Assembly: GCA_013239625.1 (NCBI GenBank)
Contig: MU054220.1
Coordinates: forward strand, 5,936,626 to 6,000,625
DNA length: 64,000 nt
Reading direction: 5' to 3'
DNA from: Lama guanicoe
Lineage: Eukaryota
The notes under the pieces are model-generated. The model ran no database searches and was not told the DNA's origin. It saw only the letters and a list, made by a program, of their open reading frames with translations. This document shows positions 14,001-24,780 of the stretch, one piece after another. Position 1 is the first letter of the stretch. Every line of letters begins with the position of its first letter. Position numbers and translations under genes: made by a program.

Positions 14001-14885
14001 TCTTAGCACTGCCTTTGCTGTGTCCCATAGGTTTTGAGTGGTTGTGCTTTCATTATCATTTGTCTCAAGGTATTTTTTAATTTCAGCTTTGATTTCCTCA
14101 TTGATCCATTGTTTTTTCAATAACATATTGTTTAATCTCCATGCTTTTCTTTTTTTCTCCTTTGTTTCTCTGTTGTTGATTTCCAGTTTCATGGCATTGT
14201 GGTCAGTAAAGATGCTTGAGATAATTTCTATCTTCTTAAATTTGTTGAGGTTTCTTTTGTGTCCAAGTACATGATCGATCCTGGAAAATGTTCCATGTGC
14301 ACTTGAAAAGAATGTATATTCTATTTTTTGGGGGTGTAATGCTCTGAAAATATCCACCAAATCTAGTTTTTCTATTGTAGTATTTAATTTCTCTGTTGCC
14401 TTGTTTATTTTCTGTCTGGAAGATCTGTCTAGTGATGTTAATGCAGTGTTAAAATCTCCAACTATGATTGTATTCCCATCAATATCCCCCTTTATCTCTG
14501 TTAGTAATTCTTGTATGTACTTAGGTGCTCCTATATTGGGTGCATATATATTAACGAGTGTAATATCTTCATCTTGTATCACTCCTTTAATCATTATAAA
14601 ATGTCCTTCTTTATCTTTCTTTATGGCCTTTGTTTTAAAGTCTATTTTGTCTGAAATCAGTACTGCAACACCTGCTTTTTTGGCTTTTCCATTTGCATGG
14701 AATATCCTTTTCCATCCTTTCACTCTCAATCTATATGTGTCCTTCTCCCTAAAGTGGGTCTCTTGTATGCAGCATATTGAAGGTTCTTGCTTTATTATCC
14801 AGTCTGCCACTCTATGTCTTTTGACTGGAGCATTTAGTCCATTAACATTTACAGTAATTAATGATAGATGTGTGTTTATTGCCAT
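11088..14885 (-). CDS. ORF2: LINE-1 ORF2p (APE-like endonuclease, reverse transcriptase, C-terminal CCHC), uninterrupted 1265 aa
   Basis: EN motifs NVNGLN, IQETH, NIYAPN, VGDFN, SRIDH, TDHN. PIP-like QNIIREYY; Z-domain [10 protein letters not shown] motifs [30 protein letters not shown]. Cys knuckle [18 protein letters not shown]. No stops or frameshifts. Confidence 0.97.
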   Translation of the reverse strand: MAINTHLSLITVNVNGLNAPVKRHRVADWIIKQEPSICCIQETHFREKDTYRLRVKGWKRIFHANGKAKKAGVAVLISDKIDFKTKAIKKDKEGHFIMIKGVIQDEDITLVNIYAPNIGAPKYIQELLTEIKGDIDGNTIIVGDFNTALTSLDRSSRQKINKATEKLNTTIEKLDLVDIFRALHPQKIEYTFFSSAHGTFSRIDHVLGHKRNLNKFKKIEIISSIFTDHNAMKLEINNRETKEKKRKAWRLNNMLLKKQWINEEIKAEIKKYLETNDNESTTTQNLWDTAKAVLRGKFIAIQAFLKKEEQSQINKLTHHLNQLEKEEQKAPKSSRRKEIIKIREELNTIEINKTIEKINQTKSWFFEKVNKIDKPLAKLTKKKKERAQISKIRKENGEITTNKIEIQNIIREYYEKLYGTKLDNLEEMDKFLETYCPPKLNQEETEHLNNPITRKEIEIAIKNLPTNKSPGPDGFTGEFYQTYKEELIPVLLKLFQTIEKEGILPNSFYEATITLIPKPGKDTTKKENYRPISLMNIDAKILTKILANRIQQHIKKIIHHDQVGFIPGTQGWFNIRKSINVIHHINKRKDKNHMIISIDAEKAFDKIQHPFMIKTLAKVGIEGTYLNIIKAIYDKPIASIVLNGEKLKSFPLKSGTRQGCPLSPLLFNIVLEVLATAIRQEKEIKGIQIGKEEVKVSLYADDMLLYIENPKRSTKKLLELIEEFSKVAGYKINVQKSVAFLYTNDKSTEKESKETIPFKIAPKVIKYLGINLTKEVKELYTENYKPLMKEIKEDFKKWKDIPCSWIGRINIVKMVTLPKAIYRFNAIPIQLPRTYFTELEQIIIKFIWNHQRPRIAKALLKRKKEAGGITLPDFRQYYRATVIKTAWYWYQNRHIDQWNRIESPEMNPQTFGQLIFDKGGKNIQWNKDSLFSKWCWENWTAACKTMKLEHTLTPYTKINSKWIKDLNIRQDTINLLEENIGKTLSDIHFKNFLLEEIKARINKWDLMKLTSFCRAKETRNKTRRKPTEWEKIFASETDKGLISKIYKQLIRLNKKKINNPIQKWAEDLNKQFSKEDIQMIKKHMKKCSISLIIREMQIKTTMRYHLTPVRMAVIQKSKNDKCWRGCGERGTLLHCWWECSLVQPLWKTVWRFLKRLGIDLPYDPGIPLLGLYPEGNLLQDDTCTPMFIAALFTIAKTWKQPKCPSTGDWIKKRWYIYTMEYYSAIKTDNIMPFAATWMILENVILSEVSQKEKEKYHMRSLTCGI

Positions 14886-15283
14886 TTTGAACTTATCTTT
14901 GCAGTTGAATTGGTATATCCTCTTTGTTCCTTTCTTCTTCCTTTTGTGGTTTGGTAATTTTCCTTTGTATTATCATGGATTTTATTTAATTTTTGTGACT
15001 CCCTTGTAAATTTTTGACTTGTGGTTACCCTTTTTTGTAAATCTATTAACCTATACCCGTTTTTAATAAACTGATAATAACATGATCTCAAACCCATCCT
15101 ACTGTTAAAAAAATTTAAAAAAAGAAAGAAAAAAAATTCTATATTTCCCTGCCTCCCTCTCCCACTCTCAGTGATTTGTATGTCTTCTTTTATAATTTCG
15201 TGTTTTCTTTATTTGTAATTCATGAGTTATCACCTTTCCAGTTGTACGTTTCTCATTTCTGTAGCATCCTGCTGCTTTTCTAT

Positions 15284-15706
15284 TTAGAATAGCCCTTTCA
15301 ATATTTCTTTTAGCATGGGTTTAGTGTTGCTAAACTCCTGCAGCTTTTTTTTGTCTGTGAAACTCTTTATTTCTCCTTCTATCCTAAAGGATAGCCTTGC
15401 TGGATAAAGTATCCTAGGCTGCATCTTTTTTTCATTCAGGGCTTTGAATATATCTTGCCACTCCCTTCTGGCCTGTAGTGTTTGTGTAGAGAAATCAGCT
15501 GAGAGCCTTATGGGGGTTCCCTTGTAGTTCACTCTTTGCTTTTCTCTTGCTGCCTTTAGAATCATTTCTTTATCCTTGACTCTGGCCATCTTGATTATGA
15601 TATGTCTTGGTGTGGGTCTATTTGGGTTCTTCCTGTTTGGGACCCTCTGAGCTTCCTGTACTTGTATATCTGATTCCTTCTTTAAGTTTGGGAAGTTTTC
15701 AGTCAT
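15284..15706 (-). pseudogene. ORF1: LINE-1 ORF1p C-terminal fragment (part of RRM plus CTD); N-terminus lost to 5' truncation
   Basis: ENFPNL, IQVQEAQRVP, PRHIIIK, ILKAAREK, PIRLSADFS, ARREW and YPARLSF are conserved L1 ORF1p motifs. The reading frame runs into the TSD at 15708. Confidence 0.95.
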
Positions 15707-15718
15707 TATACTGTCTTT

Positions 15719-15816
15719 AACCTTAATTCCCCTTTTTCATGTAACATAACATATTCACAGGTCCCAGAGATTAGGATGTGGACATCTTTGGGGGTGCCAT
15801 TACTCTGCCTGCAACA
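15719..15816 (-). mobile_element. MaLR LTR (MLT1C/D-like), right part
   Basis: AACCTTAATTCCCCTTTT..ATGTAACATAACATATTCACAGGTCCCAGAGATTAGGATGTGGACATCTTTGGGGG is the typical MLT1 terminus. Confidence 0.8.
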
Positions 15817-15820
15817 GAGC

Positions 15821-16168
15821 TGTGGACTGAAGATTTGTGTCCCCTCAACATTCATACATTGAAACCTACTCCCCAGTGTCGGCAGTACCGCTGGGAGGCG
15901 ATAGCTTTAGGAGGTGATAAGGTCACGAGGGCTCTGGATTGGTGTCCATGTAAAACAGAGCCCAGGCTCCCTTGCTTCTTCTTCCATGTGAGGACACAAT
16001 GAAATCAGAGCTGTTTATTAACCAGGAAGAGGGTCCTCATCAGACACTGAATCTGCTGGCAACTTGACCTTGGACTTAGCCTCCAGAACTGTGACAAATA
16101 AATGTTTGCTGTTTATAAACCACCCAGTCTAAGGCATTCTGTTATAGCAGCCAGAATGGGCAAAGGCA
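15821..16168 (+). mobile_element. MaLR solo LTR (MLT1A/B-like)
   Basis: TGTGGACTGAA..TGTGTCCCCTC..CCATGTGAGGACACA..CAGACACTGAATCTGCTGGCA.CTTGACCTTGGACTT.GCCTCCAGAACTGTGA.AAATAAATGTTTG..GTTATAGCAGCC. Confidence 0.85.
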
Positions 16169-18829
16169 CATGGCTTTTACCATTTACCGCACTGCCTTAA
16201 TAACATTAGCTACATCTTATTACATACGCTACACTTGGCCCTTGCTGAAAGCAGACAGCCTCTCCTATAATCAGATGAAAAAATAGGCTCAGAACGTTGA
16301 ATCCTTTGTGCCTAGTAAGTATGAAATGTGAGGTAGGGTTTGAATTTGGATTCTCCACTCCAAAGCTCTTGTTCTTTGCTATGCTGTGTAATTTTGACCT
16401 ACATGTCTGTTCTTGTATTAGGATTTTTAGATAATAAATTTATTGGAGGATTGAGCAACCCCACCCCTCCCTTTTGAAAAATATAATTGTTCCCAATCTT
16501 TCTAACATGCAAGAGCCTATTTCTTGCTTTGGTAAGCAGAGTTGGCTAAAATTGCTATGTATTTAAAATACACATGACTATATGTTTTAGTATATAAAAT
16601 ATATAGGAAGTAATATTTTTAAATAATCTGTTTATTTAATAGTTTAAATTAAAACTACTTAAAATTGTTACTTAAAAATTAAATGATAAATAAAAATAAA
16701 AATGAAATATTTTTATGCTTCATATTTTAAAAAAGAATTTTGTAAAAAAAATGAGTTGTATAGTGTTTTAAATCATTAAGGTCCCTACATTCTTTTTCAT
16801 ACTCTCATTTCTCCAGCAGTAACAATAATTTTTAATAATTCATTGTTATGTTTTTACACAACATATTCTAAACCACATATACACATTGTATACACAGTTA
16901 TACAGTTGTGTTTAACAAAAATGGTATCTATTATATGTAAATTTTCATAAATTGTTTTATTCACAAATCAATCTTATCCCAAGCAAGTGTATACAAATTA
17001 CACTTCTTTTTAAAGGCTGTATCTTATTAAATAGCATGAGAGTATTACGATTAACTTAATAAGTCTATTTCCTCAGTGTGTGTCTTTCTCTCTGTGTATA
17101 ATATATGATTGTTGCATAAGTATTTGTTAATATATGGTCTTTGTTTCCCTCTTTTTGTTGTTTTCCCGTGAAAGTTTCTTTTACACAAGCGTCTCAGTTG
17201 TGCATTGCATATTCATGTCTTGAGACAGAGGACTAAATATTCAAAAGGGAAAGTAGTCGCCATGGTCAAGTCTATGTATGACCTGAGACCAAGTTTGCTT
17301 GCTTTTTTAAACTATATTTCACATATTTATTTGTTTGTTTTTACATTAATAAAGCCCATTTGAAAAAATCAAATAATAAAATATTAGACTTGGGAAACTG
17401 AAATGTTATCCGGGCTGACTTCCCACGTCATGCAGAACCTTTCTCTGTAGAACTTTGTAACTTCTCATAGGCTTCTTTCTCTGCCTCAAGTGACCTTTGA
17501 CTTCTTCATCTTAATCTCTCTGCCCTTTAAAACAACTTGTGACACTGCTTCCAAGAAACCTTCTCTGATTTCTCCAAGGAATTAAGATGTCCCTTTGGTG
17601 CTCTGAGTACCCTATGTTTGCAATGATCAGTGTTTTTTTCACTTGCTATTGTAATTGTGGATGTGTTTTTCTATTTCTTCTGCTAGATTATAAGCTCCTT
17701 CATTGAAAGGAAATCTGTCTTCTTCATTCTCTTCTGTCTTTACAATACAAAATATGACATCTAAAGAAGTACTAGCACTTCTTTTTTAGTAGAATGACTG
17801 ACTAATTGAACACATACGCTACCTTCTTTTTTGTCTTCTCCTTGACTGTGTGAGTGTCTGATACTTCAATAGACAATAGATGTATGTGGTGCATCCATTT
17901 GAGGAGTGGGACGCTTATTGGAAGGATAGTACCTCACTTTAGATAATGTTACCACCAAGAAAGTGTCTGTGTTGTGAAAAGAGAGCGGTGGTTATTTTTG
18001 CTTGGATGGCTTGTTTGCTTCACCTTATTGATGGGGAGAGGTAACCGAGGTTTCATTCTGTTTGCTGTCTTAATGTGAAACCATGCAGCTCATATCTGCA
18101 ATATCCTTTTCTAATTAAAGAGTTGTCTTAAGGAAACAAATCAGCAGCTGTCAAGCGGGTGCCAGAATGAGTCATTGATTTGCAATCAGGATAGCCAATT
18201 CCCCATGCTAATGGATTCACCAATTGTTCAGGACCTCTTAGAGTTCACCTGCTTGTCACACAGCATAGCACTCTGATCACGAGCTTTGAAATGAGGAATG
18301 TCTCTTCACTGTGACTCAAGCTGATTGCCCCTCTGTCACCAGGTTTTAGCTTCTGGGATGAGTTTGTACCTTTCACTCAACCAAGTGCCTTGATGTTTTC
18401 TCCAGATAAGCTGTGATGGTAAAGATGTTCTCATGTAAGCCACCAAGGTTCCATGTATGTAAAAATGTGAATCCATTCTACCAAATTCCAGGTAGTTCAA
18501 CATCTTCCATGATGATAATTGTTTCTTGATTATGAAATAGCCAAGAACCTAAGAAATCCTACTTCAGCGGAAACTGAAGCCCAAAGGGCTAAGAGTTTCC
18601 ACGGTCTCCCAGCCAGAACTGACTGACACAAGGCTCAAATCCAAGTCTGAGCCCCTGTGCCACTTTAATAAACACGTCCTTTCTTCCTCTTCTCCCATAT
18701 GGGCTGGTACTGGAGGTTTATATGACTGACTGGTGGACAGTCAAGATATTGAACAGTTAGGGATGTTTGAAAGAATAAAGGGGGGGGTGCATCTCAGGTC
18801 TTTCTTTCCCTCTTTCATTATTTTTAGAA

Positions 18830-19065
18830 GTGATGTAGTACAGCATGTAAGTGTCAAAACCCTGAAGCCGGACCTCATAGGTTAGAATCCTCTTACTAGC
18901 TAAAGGCACGCAGCGTGCTTAGTCTCTCTGTGCCTCAGTGCGCTCAGCGCTAGAATGGGGTAGTCATACAGGTGCTGAGAAGTGTAACGGAGTTAATCAC
19001 AGCCAAGTACTTACAATAGTGACTGGCACTTAGTGAGCTCTTGGTAAATATTACCTGTTCTTATT
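18830..19065 (+). mobile_element. MIR SINE, near full length
   Basis: GGTTAGAATCC..CTTACTAGCT..CTCTCTGTGCCTCAGT..AATGGGG..GAGTTAAT..CTGGCACTTAGTGAGCTCT..TAAATATTA. Confidence 0.8.
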
Positions 19066-19689
19066 CATAGGCGTATGTGAGAATGGGATGAGAACTACTG
19101 TCTTCCCTTCTCTGTCTTCATAATTAGAATTAAAGTGAGCTCCTTATTTTGCTGTATATTTCCCAGAGTTTCAACTCCATGTCCTTTGTTTTGGTTTAAT
19201 CTTAAGCCCTCTGCTTATCTCTGAGTTGTAAGGGAATAGAGATAGAATGGTATCTAAGAGCATGGTTTTGGTGTCAGTCATACTGCATTTTTGGAATGAT
19301 TGGGGTCAGCCTGTTTGTTTGCTAGAACTGTTATCTAAGGTCTTACAGAATATTTTACGTATCAGCAATATAATGCCGTAGAGGACCAAGAGACCCACTT
19401 TACAGCAAAGTCAATGTGAAAGTGTGTCTTTAAAATCCACTCGTCCTCTTGTATACCATACCACCTGGAAACTGTTGACCTAATATAGTAATAGACTGAG
19501 TTGTTAAAGGCACAGCTGAGGCACCAACCTGGGGACAATATCGTGTGAAGATGGGGTGTCATCTTCTAGGACTACACATGCACCTTATATCAACATCCGT
19601 TATGTGATGCTCTTGCCAATGAACAGAATATATGGGCCTGAGAAATAATAGGCGTGGGCAGAAAGGATGCACTTTTCATTATTTCCAAT

Positions 19690-20320
19690 GTTCCACCTGG
19701 GGAATTTGTGGTCACCTGAATCCTCTCCACTCCATGCTCTTCTGGATTAGAAGTTATGGTCCCCAAAGAAGGAATTGTCCCAGGCAATCAGCAAGAGGTT
19801 CCCTGAACTTTGAGCTCAGACTGCTGTCCAGGTATTGTGGGCTCCTCCTGCCCAGGGACCGACAGGGAGAAATAAAATTCACAGTCCTAGTAGTGGTGAC
19901 TGACCAGGATCTAGAGGACGAGGCAGGGCCACTGTCACACAGTGGAAGCAGGAGCATGTGTTGTGCATCCAAACTGTCCATTTGGACATCTCTTGTTTTG
20001 ATGATAAAGGGATATGTCTGGTGGTCAGTGCTTTCAAATGGCATGGAAAGCAGAAATAGACTATTCAGGGATTAACCACCATGGTGAACCACCAAGACCC
20101 GCAGAGATGCTGCTGAGAGTGAGGGGAATCCAGAAAGGGTAGTAGTGGATGAAGACAATGGTTACCAGTTGTGGCTTCAAGACCGTGTTACAGCAGCAGG
20201 GACACAGCTCATCCTACTAATCTCCCTCTTGTGAATTTCTTCCAGCAGAAAAGGCCCACCCAGAGCCTCGACCTGATCTGATGCAAGTGAATTCAAATGT
20301 CACTGGGGTGAACCTTGATC
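19690..20320 (+). mobile_element. ERVL-class (HERV16/ERV3-16A3-like) internal 3' remnant including a degenerate dUTPase region
   Basis: Translation SLNFELRLLSRYCGLLLPRDRQGEIKFTVLVVVTDQDLEDEAGPLSHSG (19800-19950) resembles the ERVL dUTPase pattern PLNWKLRLPPGHFGLL..QQA..GVTVLAGVIDPDY..E.GLLLHNG. Upstream GLEVMVPKEG lies in another frame. Confidence 0.75.
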
Positions 20321-20323
20321 GTC

Positions 20324-20705
20324 TGTGTCAGGCTGTGTTGATATCTCTTTTAGGATTGATAGTCACCCAGCTGCTGATCAGGTTGCAGGCTGGAAACTTT
20401 CAGTTATCAGGTGAGGAAGGTTGACCTCCCATTTTGCAGGCTATGCCATTTCCAACTGCTGATTGTCACAGTGGTGTAAAGCTGGACCCCCTTACACTGA
20501 TTTTTGACAACCCTGAAGGACTATCCTAGCTCCAGAGGTCCCTGGAGGGCTGGCAGAGGCCTTAACTGATACTGCAACGCATCCTGACTTCTCCCTTCGT
20601 TCAATCCTGCTTCCTTTTTCTTTTCCCTCTAGGTATTAATACCAAGAGCAGTCTCTAATAAACTTTCTGCATGCTTTACCTCAGAGTTCCTGGGGACTTC
20701 TACTG
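20324..20705 (+). mobile_element. LTR16-type 3' LTR of the ERVL element
   Basis: CCTAGCTCCAGAGGTCCC..GAGGCCTT..ACTTCTCCCTTCGTTCAATCCTGCTTCC..AATAAACTTTCTGCATGC..CTCAGAGT resembles the LTR16 U3-R-U5 end and directly abuts the internal remnant. Confidence 0.8.
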
Positions 20706-22676
20706 ATGATGTTAGCTGAATACACACCCACATAAGTAAGAAACAAGATAGGCACAAGATACTCATTTAGGCAGTGATTGTCAGAACAGAATGCCATTAG
20801 CAAGGCTGGTCTCCCCATTGAATGAACTACAGTACCCTCACAAGGCAGTACCACACAACCATCGACAAAAATAAAGATCTCTCTGAGGTATACGGTGATA
20901 ATCCACACTTTAAAGTGAAAAAGGAAATACAGGTTCAGAACGGCATATATAATACGTAAACTTTTGTATAAAAGAGGAAATCAAGATATAAATTTTGGCA
21001 GAACACTGTATTGTTAACTATAAGCCTTCAATAAAACTGTACAAAACTGTAAAAAATTGAAAAATAAAGAAGAAGTCCAGTTAGGCCAGAGGTTTAAACT
21101 AGTTCCTTCTTATGTATAACTTATTCCCTTGGATCAGTTCACAGACTGGAAAATTATTTCATCTAATTCTTACAGATCAGTTTTGGTTATTGTTGTTTTA
21201 ACATTTAACAATCATTTTAATGTACTGATTGTAATAATTATCAGTGTCCATCTGGTCTCAAAGGATGAAATGCTTGTCTGCTTTTTTAAAGTTCCAGAAT
21301 TGCAGGCAAATCTAGCAATTTCGTTCTACTTAATTTGGGCATTTGTGTACAAAGAAACAGATTGATATCCCTTGTTAGAGCATTTGTTTCGTCTGGGTAA
21401 CGTGATCTTACAACACACCTGGAGAGGTTACCTGCTAATTCCTCCTGAGAAATGGATTTACGGAAATTCATAAGAGGCAAAATGACTATAATGTATTCAT
21501 AAAATGTAAGAAGTTCAGCTAGATTGGAAAATGGGGCCTGGCAATTTACTAATCACTGCAGAGGTATGAACACTGTAAAATTTTAAAAGTACTATGTGTG
21601 TGCCAGTGAAACCTGGGGTTTATCATTCCTCCCCATGAAGTAAAAGCACATTTTCTGTCTCTGTTTCCCTTTCTCTGTCTTCCTCGCCATCTCTCTGTTT
21701 CTGTCTGTCTCTTTCTTTCTTTCCTTCCAGAAACCAGTCTCAAGTTGACATTCTTACCTCAACATTAATAATACCTTTTCCAGGGTAAAATGGAAAAAAA
21801 AAAAGGATTTTTTTTCTATTCTGTTTGAAGGAGGAAAGTTGACTTTCTCGATTTATTACTTGTACTTTGCAGATGGAGAAATGATTATAAAAAAGGTATT
21901 ATTCAAAATTGGGCCAACATTAAGTTTTATAAGTGAAAAAATATTTGTGAATGATAAAAAATAAAAATCAGATTTTTAAATGTAATGATTTTTCTAAAGC
22001 TTGACCTTTTAAAATGGACTTTCTTTGAGTGGCCCAGGAGGACAATGTAAAGAATTCTAGATTTTTTTTCATCTTGAATGGAAATTATTGAGATAGGATT
22101 ATGTGATAAAATTGGGATGGTGTTAAGTCTATTCGGGAAATGGGAGACAGAAATAGAAATGGAATTCCTTTAATCACTCTACAAGAGAATTAATTTGGTA
22201 GTAACTTGGCTGGATTCTTGAGTAGTAACGTTTTAGCTCTGTCTGTGTTTACTTTCATTCCCCCAGCTGTGACACCCTCTGACTCACACAAATGTAGGTG
22301 TCTCTGCTTTAAAGAGGCATGTGCCCGTGTAGACAGGCAGGCCTGGCACACACTGATGACAGTGGCTGGCATCTATCAGTAGACTTGCAGATGGGGACAG
22401 AAGTGTTTTAACTCAGTTACGTTCCTCAAGAACTAAGGAAGTGGCTTGTATTGATTCTCCCAACTGGTACTTTAGTCTCCAGTAAATGAGAAAAAAAAAA
22501 TCTACCTTTTTTCTCCACTGCTGGATTCTTTCATGATTACCGTTTATTAAATGAATGCCATGTTCAGGTACATCTCATTCATTCTAATCATAATAGGCAA
22601 ATTTCAGCAATTATAGATAATAGATTGCTAATTATATAGATAATATTATTCTCATTTTACAAATAGTAGAAATGCC

Positions 22677-22832
22677 AAATTTATACTGTATAGCACAGGG
22701 AACCATATTCAATATCTTGTAACCCATGGTAAAGGAGAATATGAGAACGAATGCATGCATGTTCCTATGTGACTGAAGTATTGTTGTAAACTGACTGTAC
22801 TTCAATAAAAATATGTTAAAAATAATAAAATA
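22677..22832 (+). mobile_element. Short young L1 3'-UTR fragment within a MIR
   Basis: TATACTGTATAGCACAGGGAACCATATTCAATATCTTGTA..GTGACTGAA..TTGTAAACTGACT..AATAAAAA matches the 3' UTR of the L1 copies at 43640 and 49060. Confidence 0.8.
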
Positions 22833-23189
22833 CAAGAAGAGATCAATGAATTAACCTCTCAATACTTCAGGACAGCAAATACATAAGAGCAAGCTCCAAT
22901 CCAAGATTGCCTGACTACATCAAGAGGAAGCCTTGAGACAATGGAAGCTCAATTCTAATTCGACTCTGTTGCTCTGTATGATGCAGAGTTGGGAGTATAA
23001 ACACTTCACAGGTCACAGATGACATTATTGCTCAGAAGTATAATAGTTATGACAAGAAGAATCAAATAAATATTGCAAATAATACTTGCATTAGATAGAT
23101 AAATTAAGTAATTATAGTAATCTTTTTGGCATTTGATATCATGTTTTGCAAGATTCTCATAGAATTCAAGTAAAAGTAATTCAATTTAT

Positions 23190-23714
23190 AGGCCCATCTA
23201 TGTTGCTGCAAATGGCATTATTTTATTACCATGCTTTGGTTATTCATTCACGTCTTGGTTGACATAAGTCTTGTTTCCAGTTTAGGTCTATTACGAATAA
23301 AGCTCCTATGTGCATCTTGATACATGTCATTTTGTGGATATTTGTTTTTATTTCTCTTAAATAAATATCTGGAGTTGGAATTCCTAGGTCATCGGTTAGT
23401 GTATGTTTAACTTTTAAGAAGTAGCCAAACTGTTTTCACATTCTTTGAACTTAATTCCAAACATCTATGTTTGAGGGTATCAGTTTTGAAGATCCTCTCA
23501 AACACTTAGTACTGTCAGTCCTTTTAACTTTAAACATTTAAGTGGGTCTGTAATTTAGCCATTTAAATTTAGACATTTACGTGGGTTGTAATGTATTTAA
23601 TTGTGGTTTTAATATACATTACTGTCATGATTAAGTATGTTTAGCATTTTTACATTTATTTACTGGCCTTTTGTATGTCTTCTTTAGTGCCAATTCTCTT
23701 TCCCTCGCTCTCAT
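23190..23714 (-). mobile_element. Old L1 (L1MB/MC-like), ORF2 3' end region
   Basis: Degenerate match to the L1 3' ORF2 region (TTCCAGTTTAGGTCTATTACGAATAAAGCT..GGAATTCCTAGGTCAT..GCCAAACTGTTTT). Confidence 0.75.
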
Positions 23715-24780
23715 TTTTTATTGCGGAAAGAACTCTTAAAATGTGACCTACCCTCTTAAGTAGAATCAAGCATTATTTGTCCTTCTGTGACTGGCTTATT
23801 TCACTTAGCATGTCCTCAAGGTCCATCCATGTTGTGAAATATTGCAAAATTTCCATCTTTTTAAGACTAAATAGTATTCTGCTGGTACATAAACAACATT
23901 TTTCTTTACCCATTTGTCTGTGGATGGACATTTGAGTTGTTTCCACACCTTGTCTACCGTGAATATTGCTGCCATGAACATAGGCATGCTTATGTCTTCG
24001 CAACATTCTGATTTCCATTCTTTTGGGTAAATACCTAGAAGCAGGATTAATTGATCATATAGTAGTCATATTTTTGACTTTTTGAAGAGCTTCTATACTG
24101 TTTTCCATTGCTGCTGAACTGCTTTGCATTCCCAACAATGGTGCAGTGGTGTGCAGATTCCAATTCCTTCATACCCTCACCAACATTGTGGTCTTTTTCT
24201 TTGCTGTTATTAACAGTCATCCCAACATGTGTAAGGTGATATCTCATTGTAGTTTTGATTTGCATTTCCCTAATGATTGGTGGTGATAAGCATTTTTTTT
24301 CATATACCTGTTGGCCATTTTTCTGTCTCCTTTGGAGAAATGTCTTTTCCAGTCAGCCTTTATTTCAAATTGAGTTATTAGCTTTTTGTTTTTAAACTGT
24401 TGAGTTTTAGGTGTTCAGTATGTACATTGACAATAAACCCCTTAACAGCTACATGGTTTGCAAATATTTCCTTTCATTCATTCCATAGGTTGCTTTTTCA
24501 CTCTGTTGATTGTTTTCTTTGCTGTGCGGAAGATTTTTAGTTTGATGTAGCTTCAACTCTGTGTTTTTGTTTTTGTTGCCTATGGTTTTGACATTATATT
24601 CAAGAAATCATTACCAAGACCAGTTTCACGAAGCTTTCCCCCTGTGTTTTCTTCTAGGACGTTTACAAATTCAGGTGAGGTTTAAATCTTTAATCCATCT
24701 GGAGTTGTTTCATGTGGTGTAAGGTAAGAATCCAGTTTCAGTCTTTCAACTGTGGAATGCAATTTTTCCAGCACCATTTT
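23715..24780 (-). mobile_element. L1MB-like LINE-1 3' fragment
   Basis: 3' end AAGAACTCTTAAAATGTGACCTACCCTCTTAA; ORF2 remnants [12 protein letters not shown] and PMFMAAIFT..WKQLKCPSTDKW. Confidence 0.85.

Larger units (their letters stand above)
10762..15709 (-). mobile_element. Young LINE-1, 5'-truncated inside ORF1 (~4.95 kb), with poly(A) tail and target-site duplication
   Basis: T14 tract at 10762-10775 (poly-A on the minus strand) and AATAAA at 10782-10787. TSD ATACTGTCTTT at 10754-10764 and 15708-15718, followed by AA (TTT/AA endonuclease site). Contains ORF2 and the 3' part of ORF1. Confidence 0.98.

Noticed and set aside
11590..15009. Several plus-strand ORFs up to 202 aa
   Set aside because: Antisense shadows of L1 ORF2 with hydrophobic low-information translations and no independent gene signals.
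19632..20075. 147-aa ORF as a cellular gene
   Set aside because: Explained as a degenerate ERVL internal sequence with a frameshift and decayed catalytic motif.
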